From the NCBI GenBank assembly GCA_030390025.1, contig CM059433.1, forward strand, positions 17,486,001-17,550,000: DNA of 64,000 nucleotides. Reading direction: 5' to 3'. A program made the position numbers and the translations under genes. The notes beneath the pieces are model-generated. The model was not told where the DNA came from and searched no databases. It worked only from the letters and a program-made list of their open reading frames with translations. Position 1 is the stretch's first letter, and each line of letters opens with the position of its first letter. The DNA comes from Squalus acanthias (taxonomy: Eukaryota). This document shows, piece by piece, positions 36,590 to 48,492 of the stretch.

Positions 36590-37075
36590 TATGGCTTTGC
36601 TCACAGATTTTTTTAAAAAATTGTCTTCTTTCTCTTTTTCTGTAGCTGTTTCACCGCTTGCTCTTGCCCTTTATTTCTGTTTCCTTTCTCTCTCATTCTC
36701 TCTCTCTTGCCATCTCTGTGTGCTTCTTGCATACTTTCTCTCATTGACATCTCTGTATTTGTCTCTAACTCTTGTTCTCTTTCTTTCGCTTTCCCTCTTC
36801 CTGTGAGTCTCATTTACTGTCTCTTTATTATGTATATTTCCCACACTTCATGTTTATTTTTCTTTCCTTCTCTCCTCAGGAATTTTTGTCCCCCCCTCGC
36901 TCACTCTTTTCATGGATGTCTGCTCTCTGTATCCTTCTCACACATTCTTTTCCTTTCTCTCGCTATGGCTCCATCTCTTTCATTCTGGATGACTCTTACT
37001 CTCTCTCTCTCCTTCCGTCTCTCTCTCTCTCCTTGCGCCCCCCCCACCCCCCTCCATCCCAGCCCCTCACCTCTC
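36590..37075 (+). repeat. Long CT-rich low-complexity tract
   Basis: About 480 bp of strongly pyrimidine-biased sequence with (CT)n runs. Confidence 0.85.
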
Positions 37076-37534
37076 ATTGCGACCTGGAATCTGACTTGAG
37101 GCATAGTCCCTTTCTGATAGCTATGAAAATGATCTGACCTCCTGCACAGAAAACAGTACGTGTTTCATGTTGTTGTGTTTGTGTATATGTTCCAGACTCA
37201 GGCTAATATCACCCAGCTCCCTATATCTGGAGGATACATGTTCTAATGAAGCTGTGCTCATGAAAAAATGTTGGAAAACCTTCCCATCTTTCTTTATAAA
37301 TGCACGGCAAATTGATGTCAGCCACATTGAAGTGGGTTGCCACATTATTTACTCATGTCATTATCATGATGAAACGAGTTGCAGCTCTTGAGTTCTTCAT
37401 TAAACAAAAAGTGAGATGCTTTACTACGCTAAAAGCACTATATAAATGCAAGTTGTTGTTGTTGTTGCGATTATGCCAAATATATTATTTGGGTTCATTT
37501 TATATATGCCTCTTTGAATCTTGAATACTGAACC

Positions 37535-38809
37535 TGAAGAGATAATTACTAGTCCTAGCCCCTTTAGGGCTACCCCAGATCAGGCGTATTCCCCAGACGT
37601 TCACTTTCAACTAAAGTTTGAGGTAGCCGAATCTTAAAGACGCTTAATTGAGTCTAAAGGTCTGGACTATCTCTCCCTAAAGGAAAGGAACAACCTGAAG
37701 ATGTTACCGTCCTCCAGATAGCACTTTAAATAAGTTTAGCTAGACTGTAACATTCCAGATATTATGAGGGTCCGGAAAACTCCCCCAGAATTCTGCAACT
37801 CCTCACCAGAGTGTACAGAAATTGAGTTTGCGAGTTTGATACAGAAGTATTATGTGAGACAATTCTAAGAATATATAGATTTATTAAAGAACCGACATGT
37901 AATTACAGTTGGTGATTCAATCGCAACATTAACAGTTCCAAAAAGAGAAAGCTTACAATTCTTATTATCAGATCTTAACTTCGCTACAGTTTTACAGTTC
38001 TTAGTCTTTATTCCAGGATATCCACCAAAATCAAATACAGTACAATACCTTGCTCCCCGAGGTACAAAGAGTTATAGACTTACAGAGCCACCTCTGAAGC
38101 CTGAGAATCGCTTTGCCCCTTTACAGCGAGACTATCATCCCATTTGAAAGTTCAATATTTATATCCTTTTTCAGTGGTATTTCCTTTTAAGTTTTCTGCT
38201 GATGTAAGCTAATTATCTCTAGTCATTTTTCTGCTGACCCCTGCTATTCTTACAGTCACCTCAGCTGGTAGCAATGCAGAATTATGTCTCTACCCCAGGT
38301 GTCCCAAGCCCACCATAAAAAACGGTGTAACAGCAGGTGCATCTATTTGATGTCATTTTTACCAAGGCCTTCTGTTTGTGTCTTTTTACGAAGTGTAAAT
38401 TAGAACACCTCAACCAGGGTGATCTATGCAATTCTTAGTCACCTCAGCTGGTAGTAATGCAGAATCGTGTCTCTCCTCTCCTCTAGGTATTCCAATGTAA
38501 CAGCAGGTGCATTTCATTTGATGTCATTTTTACTTAAGGCAAATGCTTTTGCTTCTTTATGAAGTGTAATTTAGAACACCTGTAGCATTGTCTGCTCCCA
38601 AAGATTCAGACCGTCAGGAGCCTCCAACCTCCTGTTTCAATAAGGTTATTGATTCAGTGTCAACAACTTATCTTATCTCAATAGCCTGAATGCTGCTACA
38701 GCTTCTCCATTGTTAGGCCTACAGATTTCCAAACTCAGTTTGTCATGTTTTAATTCTTTCATAGAATGGTGTATTTTTCTAAATAGGTTATATGGCTTAT
38801 TCCTTCACA
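37535..38809 (-). mobile_element. Putative solo LTR (1275 bp)
   Basis: TG...CA ends with a 4-bp AACC TSD. The minus strand has TATAAATA near 38160 and AATAAA near 37880. Internal direct repeat at 38246-38410 / 38431-38581. Confidence 0.6.
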
Positions 38810-38917
38810 AACCAGGAAACAATATGCTTGGAGTGTGTGAAAATGATCACACCGTTTTTGATGTCAACATAATTTGCCACGGTCAGATAAATGGTTTGTC
38901 ACACAATATTTAAAGTT

Positions 38918-39018
38918 GAAATAAAGACAGAAAATGCTGGAAACACTCAGCAGGTCAGGCAGCATCCGTGAAGAGAGAAACAGAGTTAACATTTCAGGTC
39001 GATGACCCTTTGTCAGTT
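38918..39018 (-). mobile_element. Single-arm copy of the Penelope-like hairpin family, hammerhead core decayed
   Basis: Homologous to 29805-29906. The minus strand reads CTGACAA...GAAATGTT. Confidence 0.7.
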
Positions 39019-39551
39019 GACATTTATCGTATATTTTGATTAAAAACTTTGAAAAATGCAAACAGCAGCCACAGAGCAGATACTGCTGAGTTATCTCTTT
39101 GCTAGGGCTGTGCAATCTGCATGGAGTGCAGCTTTTTTTTCCTACAGTCTATGTAGAATATTTCTTTGAAATATATCCTGACTTTGTAGAGCTTCAGGCA
39201 TTCCAGAGAAGAACGAACTCTCTGCAAAACTTACAACCCGACTTATTACCAGACACATTGACATCGGGCAATTTGATTGAGGCTGCCCACTGTGATCTTT
39301 ATCAGCCAGACCTTCTTGTGATGTATAGATTATGCTGTGATCTGGAGGCTACGATGGTAAAATGTTACGCTTTTGGGCGGAAAATATTAACTGGATATGG
39401 GTCAAACAAGGAAATAAAGAGTGGCTGATGGCATTGACTACAAATGAGATGGTTTCTATTCTCATTATCACCAAGTGTAACCTTTCAATGAACATGTGCC
39501 TTTTCCTCCATACTTCAGTCAGTCGCAGTGCACATTGTTATATTATTTATA

Positions 39552-39666
39552 TGTGAGAAGTCGCACAACACCAGGTTATAGTCCAACAGCTTTATTTGAA
39601 ATCACAAGCTTTCGGAGCGCTGCTCCACATTTGTCCACCCCAGTCCAACACCGGCATCGCCACATC
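39552..39666. mobile_element. Penelope-like terminal fragment with internal inversion
   Basis: 12-bp TSD atattatttata. Same family as 8948-9075, with its first segment inverted and placed at the other end. Confidence 0.65.
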
Positions 39667-40409
39667 ATATTATTTATAGCGTAAGCGTGTGAGACCTATT
39701 CATATTGTAGCACATTAAAGTGATCCTGTCTCTCTGGCTCTTTCACCGCCAGTCTTGAGCTTGGGTCTATATGTTTTATAAAGGAGAGGGAAAACATAAT
39801 GGTAACGGAATATTAAGTACCTACCCTTCATTGTGTTCCATGGAGGCGGGTATTTTATTTTTATACCTATCTATTTTTAAATATTCACAGTTCTGGGCTT
39901 CTATCTGAAGGCCTGTATACTCCTTCCCTTTGTCAGGTGAGTGGTGAAGCCACCATGAAGGAGTAACATAAGCAATGTGGATCCCCTCGGAATCTGGCTG
40001 CATTGTGCTGTTGGTGTGATCACGCTGCTTTCAAATTGACCAGGAGCTGTTTGTTTCCCCATCTCTCTATTTTTGAGGGTTCGCCGCGATAAAGACTGGG
40101 TGGAGACTGGGAAACAATTCAATAAAGAGCTGGACCGCAGTCAGTTGGAAAACAGCCTGATCATCCTGACACCAATGACAGGAGCTGGCTGCATTCCAGG
40201 GGGATTCCTACAGCTCATGTTATTGCAGTGGAAACACTTCACTACTTAACTGACAAAATGAAGGACATGTGGGGGATTCATAGAGAAGCCAACGTGAATT
40301 TTTTTTTAAATGGATTTTGAAGGAAACAAAATTATCTCCTTATGACAGTTTGAGGGCAAATATTTACTATTCCTAGTGATTCCTTGTAAAAGTGGTTTTT
40401 TAAAATTCT

Positions 40410-40780
40410 TTCTTGGGATGTGGGCATCGCAGGCAGGGTAGCATGTATTACCTATCCCTAGTTGCTCTTGGGAAGGTGGTGGTGGGCTGCCTTCTTTAGC
40501 AGCTGCGGTCCATGTAGTGAAGGGACTCCCACAATGCTGTTAGGTAAGGAGTTTCAGGATTTTGACCCAGCGATGATGAAGGAATGGAGAATATATCCAA
40601 GTCAGGATGGTGTGTGACTTGGTGAGGAACATGGAGGTGATGGTGTTCCTATGCACCTGGTACCCTTGTCCTCCTAGGTGGTAGAGGATACAGGTTTGGG
40701 AGGTACTGCCAAAGAAGCCTTGGCGAGTTGTTGTAGTGCATCCTGTAGATAGTACAGAATGTAGCCATGGTGCGCCATTA
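40410..40780. mobile_element. Interspersed repeat, probably a LINE 3' fragment (shorter copy at 19440-19520)
   Basis: The block ggatgtgggc(g/a)tcgc...gaa(a/g)gtggtggtg occurs at both loci. Confidence 0.5.
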
Positions 40781-40911
40781 AAGGATAGGACAATAAACAT
40801 AGCATAGTTTCTTTACACGGACTGAACAATCCTTGAGAGCTTGGAAGAAATATTCCAGTCCTCTAAATTTTATTTTCAATTTTTTTTTGCAAATTAAGTT
40901 TTGTCGCTTTT

Positions 40912-41066
40912 AAGAACATAAGAACATAAGACGTAGGAGCAGGAGTGGGTCATTTGGCCCCTCGAGCCTGCTCCGCCATTCAATAAGATCATGGCTGATC
41001 TGATCTTGGCCTCAACTCCACTTCCCTACCCGCTCCCCATAACCCTTGACTCCCTTATCGTTCAAA
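40912..41066 (-). mobile_element. CR1 3' tail
   Basis: (aagaacat)n followed by the conserved aggagcaggagt...gcccctcgagcctgctccgccattc block. Confidence 0.85.
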
Positions 41067-41519
41067 CTCCCTTAACTCTCATAGCCCTGCTATTGCAGGC
41101 CTGTAAGTGACTGATCACTAACTATGTTGCCAAATGTTTAGTTTTGCTAGTTCGCTCTTTTTGGGACCTTGCTGTGTGCAGTTGGTTGCTTTGTCTGCCT
41201 ACTAACAACGATGATTGCACCTCAAAAGTAACTTATAGGCTGTGACATACTGAGGACATGAACGGCACTATATAAATGCAAGTTTTCTTTCATTTTTTCT
41301 CTGCATCTTCATTAGTGTATTACTTTATCCTGCATTGCAAGACTTTTGTTTACCTCTCCCTTTCCTCGGACAGTCTTGGTTCAAGCCACTACCTCAAAAT
41401 GCTCAGGATGGGAATCCCTTTGGGCTTCCAATAGCACTCCAAGATTAGAAGGAGGGAGGTCAGTTCATGACAGGCAGGTACAATTACATCTTACATATTA
41501 TGCATGTTCCCACTCTTTT

Positions 41520-42345
41520 CCCCAGAGCCCACATTTACAGACATAGTCCTATTTAGACATACCATCGACCTGTCTTCACCATCTCTGCTTGATACGAGAG
41601 GCTGCCACAAAAGTATACAACCTCCTCAGTGCCAATTTGCGAGTGTCACCACTGCATAAAAGATTTCCTGCATTAGATCCTTCCAAGCCACCAGCAGTGA
41701 TGTAAGCCAGATCAGTCAGTCAGCTGTCCATGGATGCATCAAGCAAGTGACAGAAGCCTTGTTTGCTCAGGGCAACACATTCATCACTTTCCCTGTGGAA
41801 AGGAGGCAACAGTACTTTTATCGGATAGCAGGGTTCCCGAGTGCAGAGCATTTCACCTATATGATTATTCTGACCTGAAATAATGGTCTACAAAACCAAT
41901 AGGGTTTCCATTCTATTGATGCCCTGTTGGTGTTGGACCATAGGAACCTCATCATGCAAGTCAATGCCCAATGTCCTGGGAGCACTCATGATGCCTTTGA
42001 TTTCCAACAGTCGCTGTTACCTGGGATTTTGAAGAAATAGGGCAATTGGATGGATGACTCCTAGGAGACACCTTGGACACTAGCCAATGACCTGACTAAG
42101 AAACCCCAAAACACCAACTGAAATTAGGTACAAACAAAACACATGCCTTGACTAGAATTAGTGTTGAATGTCCCATTGACATTAGAAAAACAAAGATGTC
42201 CATTGCTGAGACCAATCGGGGTGTCCTGCTGTACAGCTCATCAAAGGTGTTCAAAATCATAGCTGTCTGCTGCATATTGCACAAGTCCACAATACAAAGA
42301 GGAGTTACTGTGCAGCAGGATGAAGAGGAAGCCCAGGCCCAACCA
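41520..42345 (+). pseudogene. Decayed PIF/Harbinger (HARBI1-like) DDE transposase
   Basis: Fragments SFQ..ISQSAVHGCIKQVTEALF..FITFP, IAGFP, GFHS, PGSTHDAF, HALTRISVE and IIAVCCILH, broken by stops and frameshifts. Confidence 0.85.
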
Positions 42346-43070
42346 TGACCATTGAGGAAGAGAAGGTACAAATAGATGATGGAGACTGACTGGTGTACCA
42401 GTCACTCAGACAACTTTGAGTCAACTCCATAATCTGACTCCTGCATAACCAGACCTATACAAGTTGCCATCGCGCGCTGGCCCAAAAAAACATCACGCCC
42501 TTCATTCTCATCCATTCAACCTTCAGCAGCATGCATACTCATCCTTTCATTTTCTGCCAGCTTAATATGACCTTCCTGAAAGAAACGCTTGGGACAAAGG
42601 TGAAATCAGGTGCACTTATTTTACTTTCCTAAAACTGAAAAGTGTACGTGCAACTAATGTTTGTCACCCTTGTGCTCCCTCTTGGTAACTCTAAATGCTC
42701 CTTCTAGGTGCTACCCCAATGGAAGGACCAGGTGTTGTGGCAGGCTGTAGGTCATCCATTGCGACCGTATGTTGGGTCATGAGATGGCCTTATTACTTCT
42801 GTCAGCACATCTGATACTGTGGTGTTTGCCAGCTCCTGTCTGCTAAATGGCACTTATTCAGTTTTGAGAGGGCCAGCTGGGTTGGATGGATGTGTTGTTG
42901 CCTGAGAGGAAGCTGGCTCACTTCTATCTCCCCTTGCCATAGTCTCAGCTGTTGGGAACTCCTTCAGGATAACTAAGAATTTTCATGAGACCAAAGCATT
43001 GGCCACCACTAAGGAGTCTTTCATCTCAATCCAGTTCTCCAGCCTGCTGGATCTTGAGCTGAAAGACTTA

Positions 43071-43810
43071 GGGGGAAAAATTGGGTGGCGCCCCTCTTGG
43101 GGTGCTAATGTTGCCGGGGCGCTAATTTTAGCGCCCCGAAAATGTTTGCACCCTCCGCCGTAAATTCAGTAGTAGCACCCCAAGCAGGAGGTGGAGGGCT
43201 ATTGGAAGCACTCCACCTCCTGCTTGGGGCGCTACTACTGAATTTGACGGTGCTACGTGCAGCAGCACCACGCGCGGCGGCACGTAGCGCCGCGTCATTG
43301 CAGGCCTCCTTCCCCTGATTAAAGGGGAGGGGCCTAGCGCTGCGCGCACCGGGGCCCTGCTGGACCACTGGGGAGTGGGGCGCCGTGAATACAGCCCGGC
43401 ACTCAAGAGGAGTGCCGGGCTGAGCGATCGCGGCCGGCACCCCGCATAAAAAAGGGAAAGGGGAAAGCTGCTGGCAGTCGGCCAAAATAAAAATGGCCGC
43501 CTGACATCTACCCCTTTAACTTGCGCCGCCGCCATTGCCAACCCGCCCCCGATCCTGTCGCACATATCGTCCAGCGATAGGTCAGGGGGCACAAGGGAAA
43601 TTTGCGGCCGGGGCGCTGCGCACGGCGATGACATCATCGCTGGCGGCGCAGCGTCACGGGGTGCAACTGGCTACCGCCTCCGCTAACCTCCCACTGAATT
43701 TCGCAGGAGGCGTTACTGGCGCCGCGCCCGGGCGCTAGGGAATTTACGCCCCTCGTTAGCGCCCCCAGGGGGCGCTAATGAGAAGCGCAAATCAACCCAA
43801 TTTTTCCTCC
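43071..43810. mobile_element. PIF/Harbinger-type MITE (740 bp, CpG-rich)
   Basis: TIRs gggggaaaaattgggt / acccaatttttcctcc and TTA TSD. Confidence 0.9.
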
Positions 43811-44129
43811 TTAACACCCCAAAGGTCTCGGTAGCCCGCCAGAACGTTCATGAGAGAAACTACTTCTGGGCCTTGCATCGCCATTTTTGGGGCTCTCCTA
43901 AAACTCACACTCCCCTACTTTTTCATGTCCTCTGGCCTTTTGATTTGGATTGCAGTTTCTTAGAATTTGGAGAGCTATGGAAAGGTTGTAGGTCTATCTA
44001 TAGTGTGGGATCTCCCCTCAAAGTTCTGAGCTGATTTTTTTCTGTCCAGGCAAAACATGCAGATGTTCGTTTTTTGAAGAGCATAGAGAAAGCCTTCTCT
44101 GTGCCAGACCTACATCCCTTCTCGTGTTA

Positions 44130-44560
44130 ACTCATCATAAGACTGAACAGTTTGGGGATCTTTTCTCTGGAAAAAAGAAGACTGAGAGATGACCTGATAG
44201 CAGTCTATAAAATCTATAAAATTATGAAGGGGTTCGATAGGGTAGATGTAGAGAAGATGTTTCCACTTGTGAGAGAGTCCAAAACTAGGAGCCATAAATA
44301 TAAGATAGTCACTAATAAATCAGGTAAGGAATTCAGGAGAATCTTCTTTACTCCGAGAGTGGTGAGAATGTGGTACTCGCTGCCACATGGAGTGGTTGAG
44401 GTGACTGGCATAGGTGCATTTAAGGGGGAACTAGATAAGAAATGATTAGAAGGTAAGATGAAGTGGGGTGGGAGGAGGCTCATATGGAGCATAAACACCA
44501 GCATAGACATGTTGGGCTGAATGGCCTGTTTCTGTGCTGCAAATTCTTTGTAATTCATAT
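44130..44560 (+). mobile_element. CR1-type LINE 3' fragment
   Basis: FSLEKRRLRDDLIAVYKI...ESKTRSHKYKI plus 3' UTR. Confidence 0.85.
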
Positions 44561-44712
44561 AGTTTCTGGTAGTAGTATTGGATAAGGGCAAGATTGACAT
44601 GTCATTAGAAGCTATTTCAGTGTCACTTAGTGTCCCCTGCAGCAATAAGGCCATGGGAGCACGTATGGAAGAGTTGAAAGGTTCTGTGCAGGCTGCTTCA
44701 CTGATAATATGT

Positions 44713-45346
44713 GGGCCCCTCCACCGTAAATTCAGTGGTAGCGCCCCAAGCAGGAGGTGGGGCGCTACTGGAAGCACTCTCCCTCCTTCTTGGGGCGCTA
44801 CCAGTGAATTTTGCGGCGCTACGTGCAACAGCGCCACGCGCGTCGGCACGTAGCGCCGCGGTACTGCAGGCCTCCCTCCCCTGATTAAAGGGGAGGGGCC
44901 TAGCGCTGTGCGCACCAGGGCCCTGCTGGACCCCCCGGGGAAGCGGGGTGCCCGGAAAACAGCCCGGCACTCAAGAGGAGTGCCGGGCTGAGCGATCGCG
45001 GCCGGCACCTCGAAGAAAAAAGGGGAAGGGTGGCTGGTGCTGGCAGTCAGCCAAAAAAAAATAGCCGCCCGACACCTGCCCTTTAAGTAGCGCCGCCATG
45101 GCTGCAAAAATGCCACCTGATCCTGTCGGACATATTGTTCGGCGATAGGTCAGGGGGCGCAACCCAAGTTTGCGGCCGGGACGCGAGCGCCGCAGAGCAC
45201 TACCGGCTACCGCCGCTGCTAACCTCCCGCTGAATTTCACGGAAGGCGTTAGCGGCGCCACGCCCTGGACGCTAGGGGCTTTGCGCCCCATTAGCGCTCC
45301 CCGGGGGCGCTAACGGGAGGCGCAAAGCAACCCAATTTTTCCCCCC
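44713..45346. mobile_element. Second, left-truncated copy of the 43071-43810 MITE family
   Basis: Collinear with about 43150-43810 and shares the right TIR acccaatttttccccc. Confidence 0.85.
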
Positions 45347-45603
45347 AAGGGTTTCTAACATGCTTGGAAAACTAATCTACTTCCAGAACCTGGATAGTCT
45401 TACTTTGGCGTTCTTCCTGATGTTGAATGTTTTTTGCACATTAGCTAATGTCTGACAGACATAGGAGACTGTGTTGACTCTCGACCTGTGTGTTTTCTAC
45501 TGTTGCCCTGATAGGAGGGTATCCTTCTACACGAAAGATCTCAACCCTCTTTTGTTGGACCTCCAGGGTATAATGCTCAAATGGACCATCTTTCCCATGT
45601 TGT

Positions 45604-46076
45604 GACTCAGCTGTGGCTCAGTGGGTAGCACACTTGCCTCTGAGTCAGAAGGTTGTGGGTTCAAGTCCCACTCCAGGGACTTGAGCACATGAATCTTGGC
45701 TGACACTCCCAGTGCAGTGCTGAGGGAGCGCTGCACTGTCGGAGGTGCCGTCTTTTGGATGAGATGTTAAACCGAGGCCCCGTCTGCTCTCTCAGGCGGA
45801 TGTAGAAGATCCCAAGGCACTATTTCAAAGAAGAGCAGGGGAGTTATCCCCGGTGTCCTGGGCCAATATTTATCCCTCAATCCACATAACAAAAACAGAT
45901 TATCTGGTCATTATCACATTGCTGTTTGTGGGAGCTTGCTGTGCGCAAATTGGCTGCCGCATTTCCCACATTACAACAGTGACTACACGCCAAAAGTACT
46001 TCATTGGCTGTAAAGTGCTTTGAGATGTCCGGTGGCCATAAAAGGCGCCATATAAATGCAAGTCTTTCTTTCTTTC
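45604..46076 (+). mobile_element. Full-length Deu-domain tRNA-SINE (SacSINE1-like) with L2-type tail
   Basis: A box tggctcagtggg, B box ggttcaagtcc, Deu-like core (gaggtgccgtctttt..gatgagatgttaaaccgaggccccgtctgc), and tail atataaatgcaagtc(tttc)n. Confidence 0.85.
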
Positions 46077-46896
46077 ATGTTGCTCGTCACCTCCCTTGCG
46101 CAGTCAGACCAAAAATGTATACCTTTCACTGAATGCTGCTCATATTTTAACTTCAACCAGGGCAGCAACCCTTTAATATTTCCCATCCATCCAGAGGAAA
46201 AGGGGTAGAGAGACCTGTTACATCAAGGCTCCATCCCCGGGACACAGCCCTGGGATTTCCTGGGTATCCTCCTTGAGATATGATTGTGCCTGAGCCTGGG
46301 GTAGGTGCAGTCCCAGCGTTAGAATGATGATGAGGTGGAAGAGAATCTTACTCCTACCATACTTTCCTCAACATCAGACTGGAGAGTCTGCAGGGAGCAC
46401 TCTTTTTATGCAGATAAGGCCAGATAATGCACATCAAATTTACGCAGGTAAGCATCCATCCCTCCCGCATGATCTGATGCGAGCAAGGGTAGCATTAAAG
46501 GCACTATAACTGACCTCAGGCACCACCGAGTTACGGAGGGGGGGAAAAACGGTCAGGGTTCCTGCTCGTGTGTTTCTGTGAGAGAGAGAAAATCAGTGAT
46601 ACCGTCCATGGTTGAATGGCCTGCAGGCGGGCACCGTCGAGGCTCACACATTAATAACAGCCACTCGGGGTACGGAATGTTTGATGATGACCATAGAATC
46701 ATACCCCAGCAAGGAGTTAACACCTGTAGAAGAGAAATAAAGAAAAATGAAATGCAGATTTAAATCTGTAAGATTGTGAAATACAGTGAACAAGAAGCCA
46801 TTTAGATTGTTACTAGTATATTCAGTGAACCAATCTGCTTCATGTATGTTAACCTTATACATTTCAAACTAGCAAAAGTTGATCAGTGGCTTCAGA

Positions 46897-47390
46897 AAAG
46901 CTGACACAGACCCCCACAATTTGACACAGACCCCCCCAAAAGCTGACACAGACCCCCAAAGGTTGGCACAGACCCCCAAAGGTTGGCACAGACCCTCCAA
47001 AAGCTGACACAGACCCCCAAAAGCTGACACAGACCCCCAAGGGTTGACACAGACCCCCAAAGGTTGGCACAGACCCCCAAAGGTTGGCACAGACCCTCCA
47101 AAAGCTGACACAGACCCCCAAGGGTTGACACAGACCCCCAAAAGCTGACACAGACCCTCCAAGGGTTGACACAGACCCCCAAAGGTTGGCACAGACCCCC
47201 AAGGGTTGACACAGACCCTCCAAAAGCTGACACAGACCCCCAAGGGTTGACACAGACCCCCAAGGGTTGACACAGACCCCCAAAAGCTGACACAGACCCT
47301 CCAAGGGTTGACACAGATCCCAAAAGCTGACACAGACCATCCAAGGGTTGACACAGACCCCCAAAGGTCGGCACAGACCCCCCAAAAGCT
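46897..47390. repeat. Minisatellite, about 25 units of 20-21 bp with three interspersed variants
   Basis: A constant cacagacc(c/t)cc alternates with aaaagctga, aaaggttgg or aagggttga. Confidence 0.95.
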
Positions 47391-47935
47391 GGCGCTCAGT
47401 AACAGCTCTGATTATCTGCCGATGATATGTGAAGACAAGGAGTTTGACTGAAAATGCAGGAAGACATGTGGATTTGTTATCAGTGAATGTGCACGAATTC
47501 TGAACGTTCAATCACTTTTATTGCTTTATTGCAGAGAACTAAAACGGCCGAGTACAAAAGCACAGTTTGAAGCAATGGTGAATTTAGAAATTAATAACGA
47601 GGGATTCAGGTGCTGAAGGCATGAGATTTATTTTCTAGATGTCTCTGGGGGCAGGCTACCCTCAGAAACTGACATTTGATTTAGTGCACTTTCCAGGATT
47701 GTACAGTCTACTGTTAATCTGCCTTTCAAGCCAAAAGTATTTTTCTCAAAAGGGTTACAGTATTTTAAACAGGAACATCAAAGCAGTTATACAGACCTCA
47801 ATACAACATTGTAGGGGCCAGTGCTCTTCATTGGGAATCTAATCCCACACGCATGATGCAAAGTTTTGAACTGGAACCTTTTTGCGACATGCACCAACAA
47901 TAATCCCAACCTTCAGCACATTCGACATTGAAACT

Positions 47936-48100
47936 CATAGAATCAGACAGCACAGAAGGCGGTCATTCGGCCCATCGTGCCTATGCCGGCTCTTTGGTAG
48001 AGCTGTCCAATTAGTCCCACTCCCCTGCCCTTTCCCAGTAGCCCTTGCAAATGTTTTCCACGAATGGCCTCCTTCTGTGCCGTAAATTCTATGATTTCTA
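47936..48100. mobile_element. Two opposed short CR1 tails
   Basis: A minus-strand tail at 47936-48060 is followed by a plus-strand tail gaatggcctccttctgtgc..attctatgatt. Confidence 0.7.
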
Positions 48101-48492
48101 AGATTTATGTCTAAGGTTTGTAAGATGCCCAATTTAGTTCACATCTACTATCTCACGTATCCAGCTCAGAGCATTTCAATAGTTACGCTCTGGGCCAATC
48201 AGCATAGAATTCCAGTGACACCAAAGTGGAATGAGCTAACTCCACTTTGCCAGAGTCCTTGAAAATGAAACTGACCTAGAGATGTACCAACTAGGTACAT
48301 CTAAGTTAACATATAAGTTAATACAATTAATATTGTCATAAGTTTAAGCAATGAAGTTCCAAAGGCACTTAGGTAGAGGTTATTAATCGGTAGAGCATGG
48401 AGGTACATTAATCACATTACATTAACTCAGCAGTAACTGGGCTCTCTTGATTAAAGTATTGTTGCTTTAAAAGCTCTTTAGAATAATTTGTC

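Noticed and set aside
44214..45116. 300-aa minus-strand ORF (and 43105-43637 ORFs)
   Set aside because: They run across a GC-rich MITE and antisense CR1 sequence, with no coherent domain.
46864..47511. CRISPR-like array or repeat-protein gene
   Set aside because: The variable parts are three recurring 9-mers rather than unique spacers, there are no cas genes, and the context is eukaryotic. The ORFs arise because the unit lacks stop codons.
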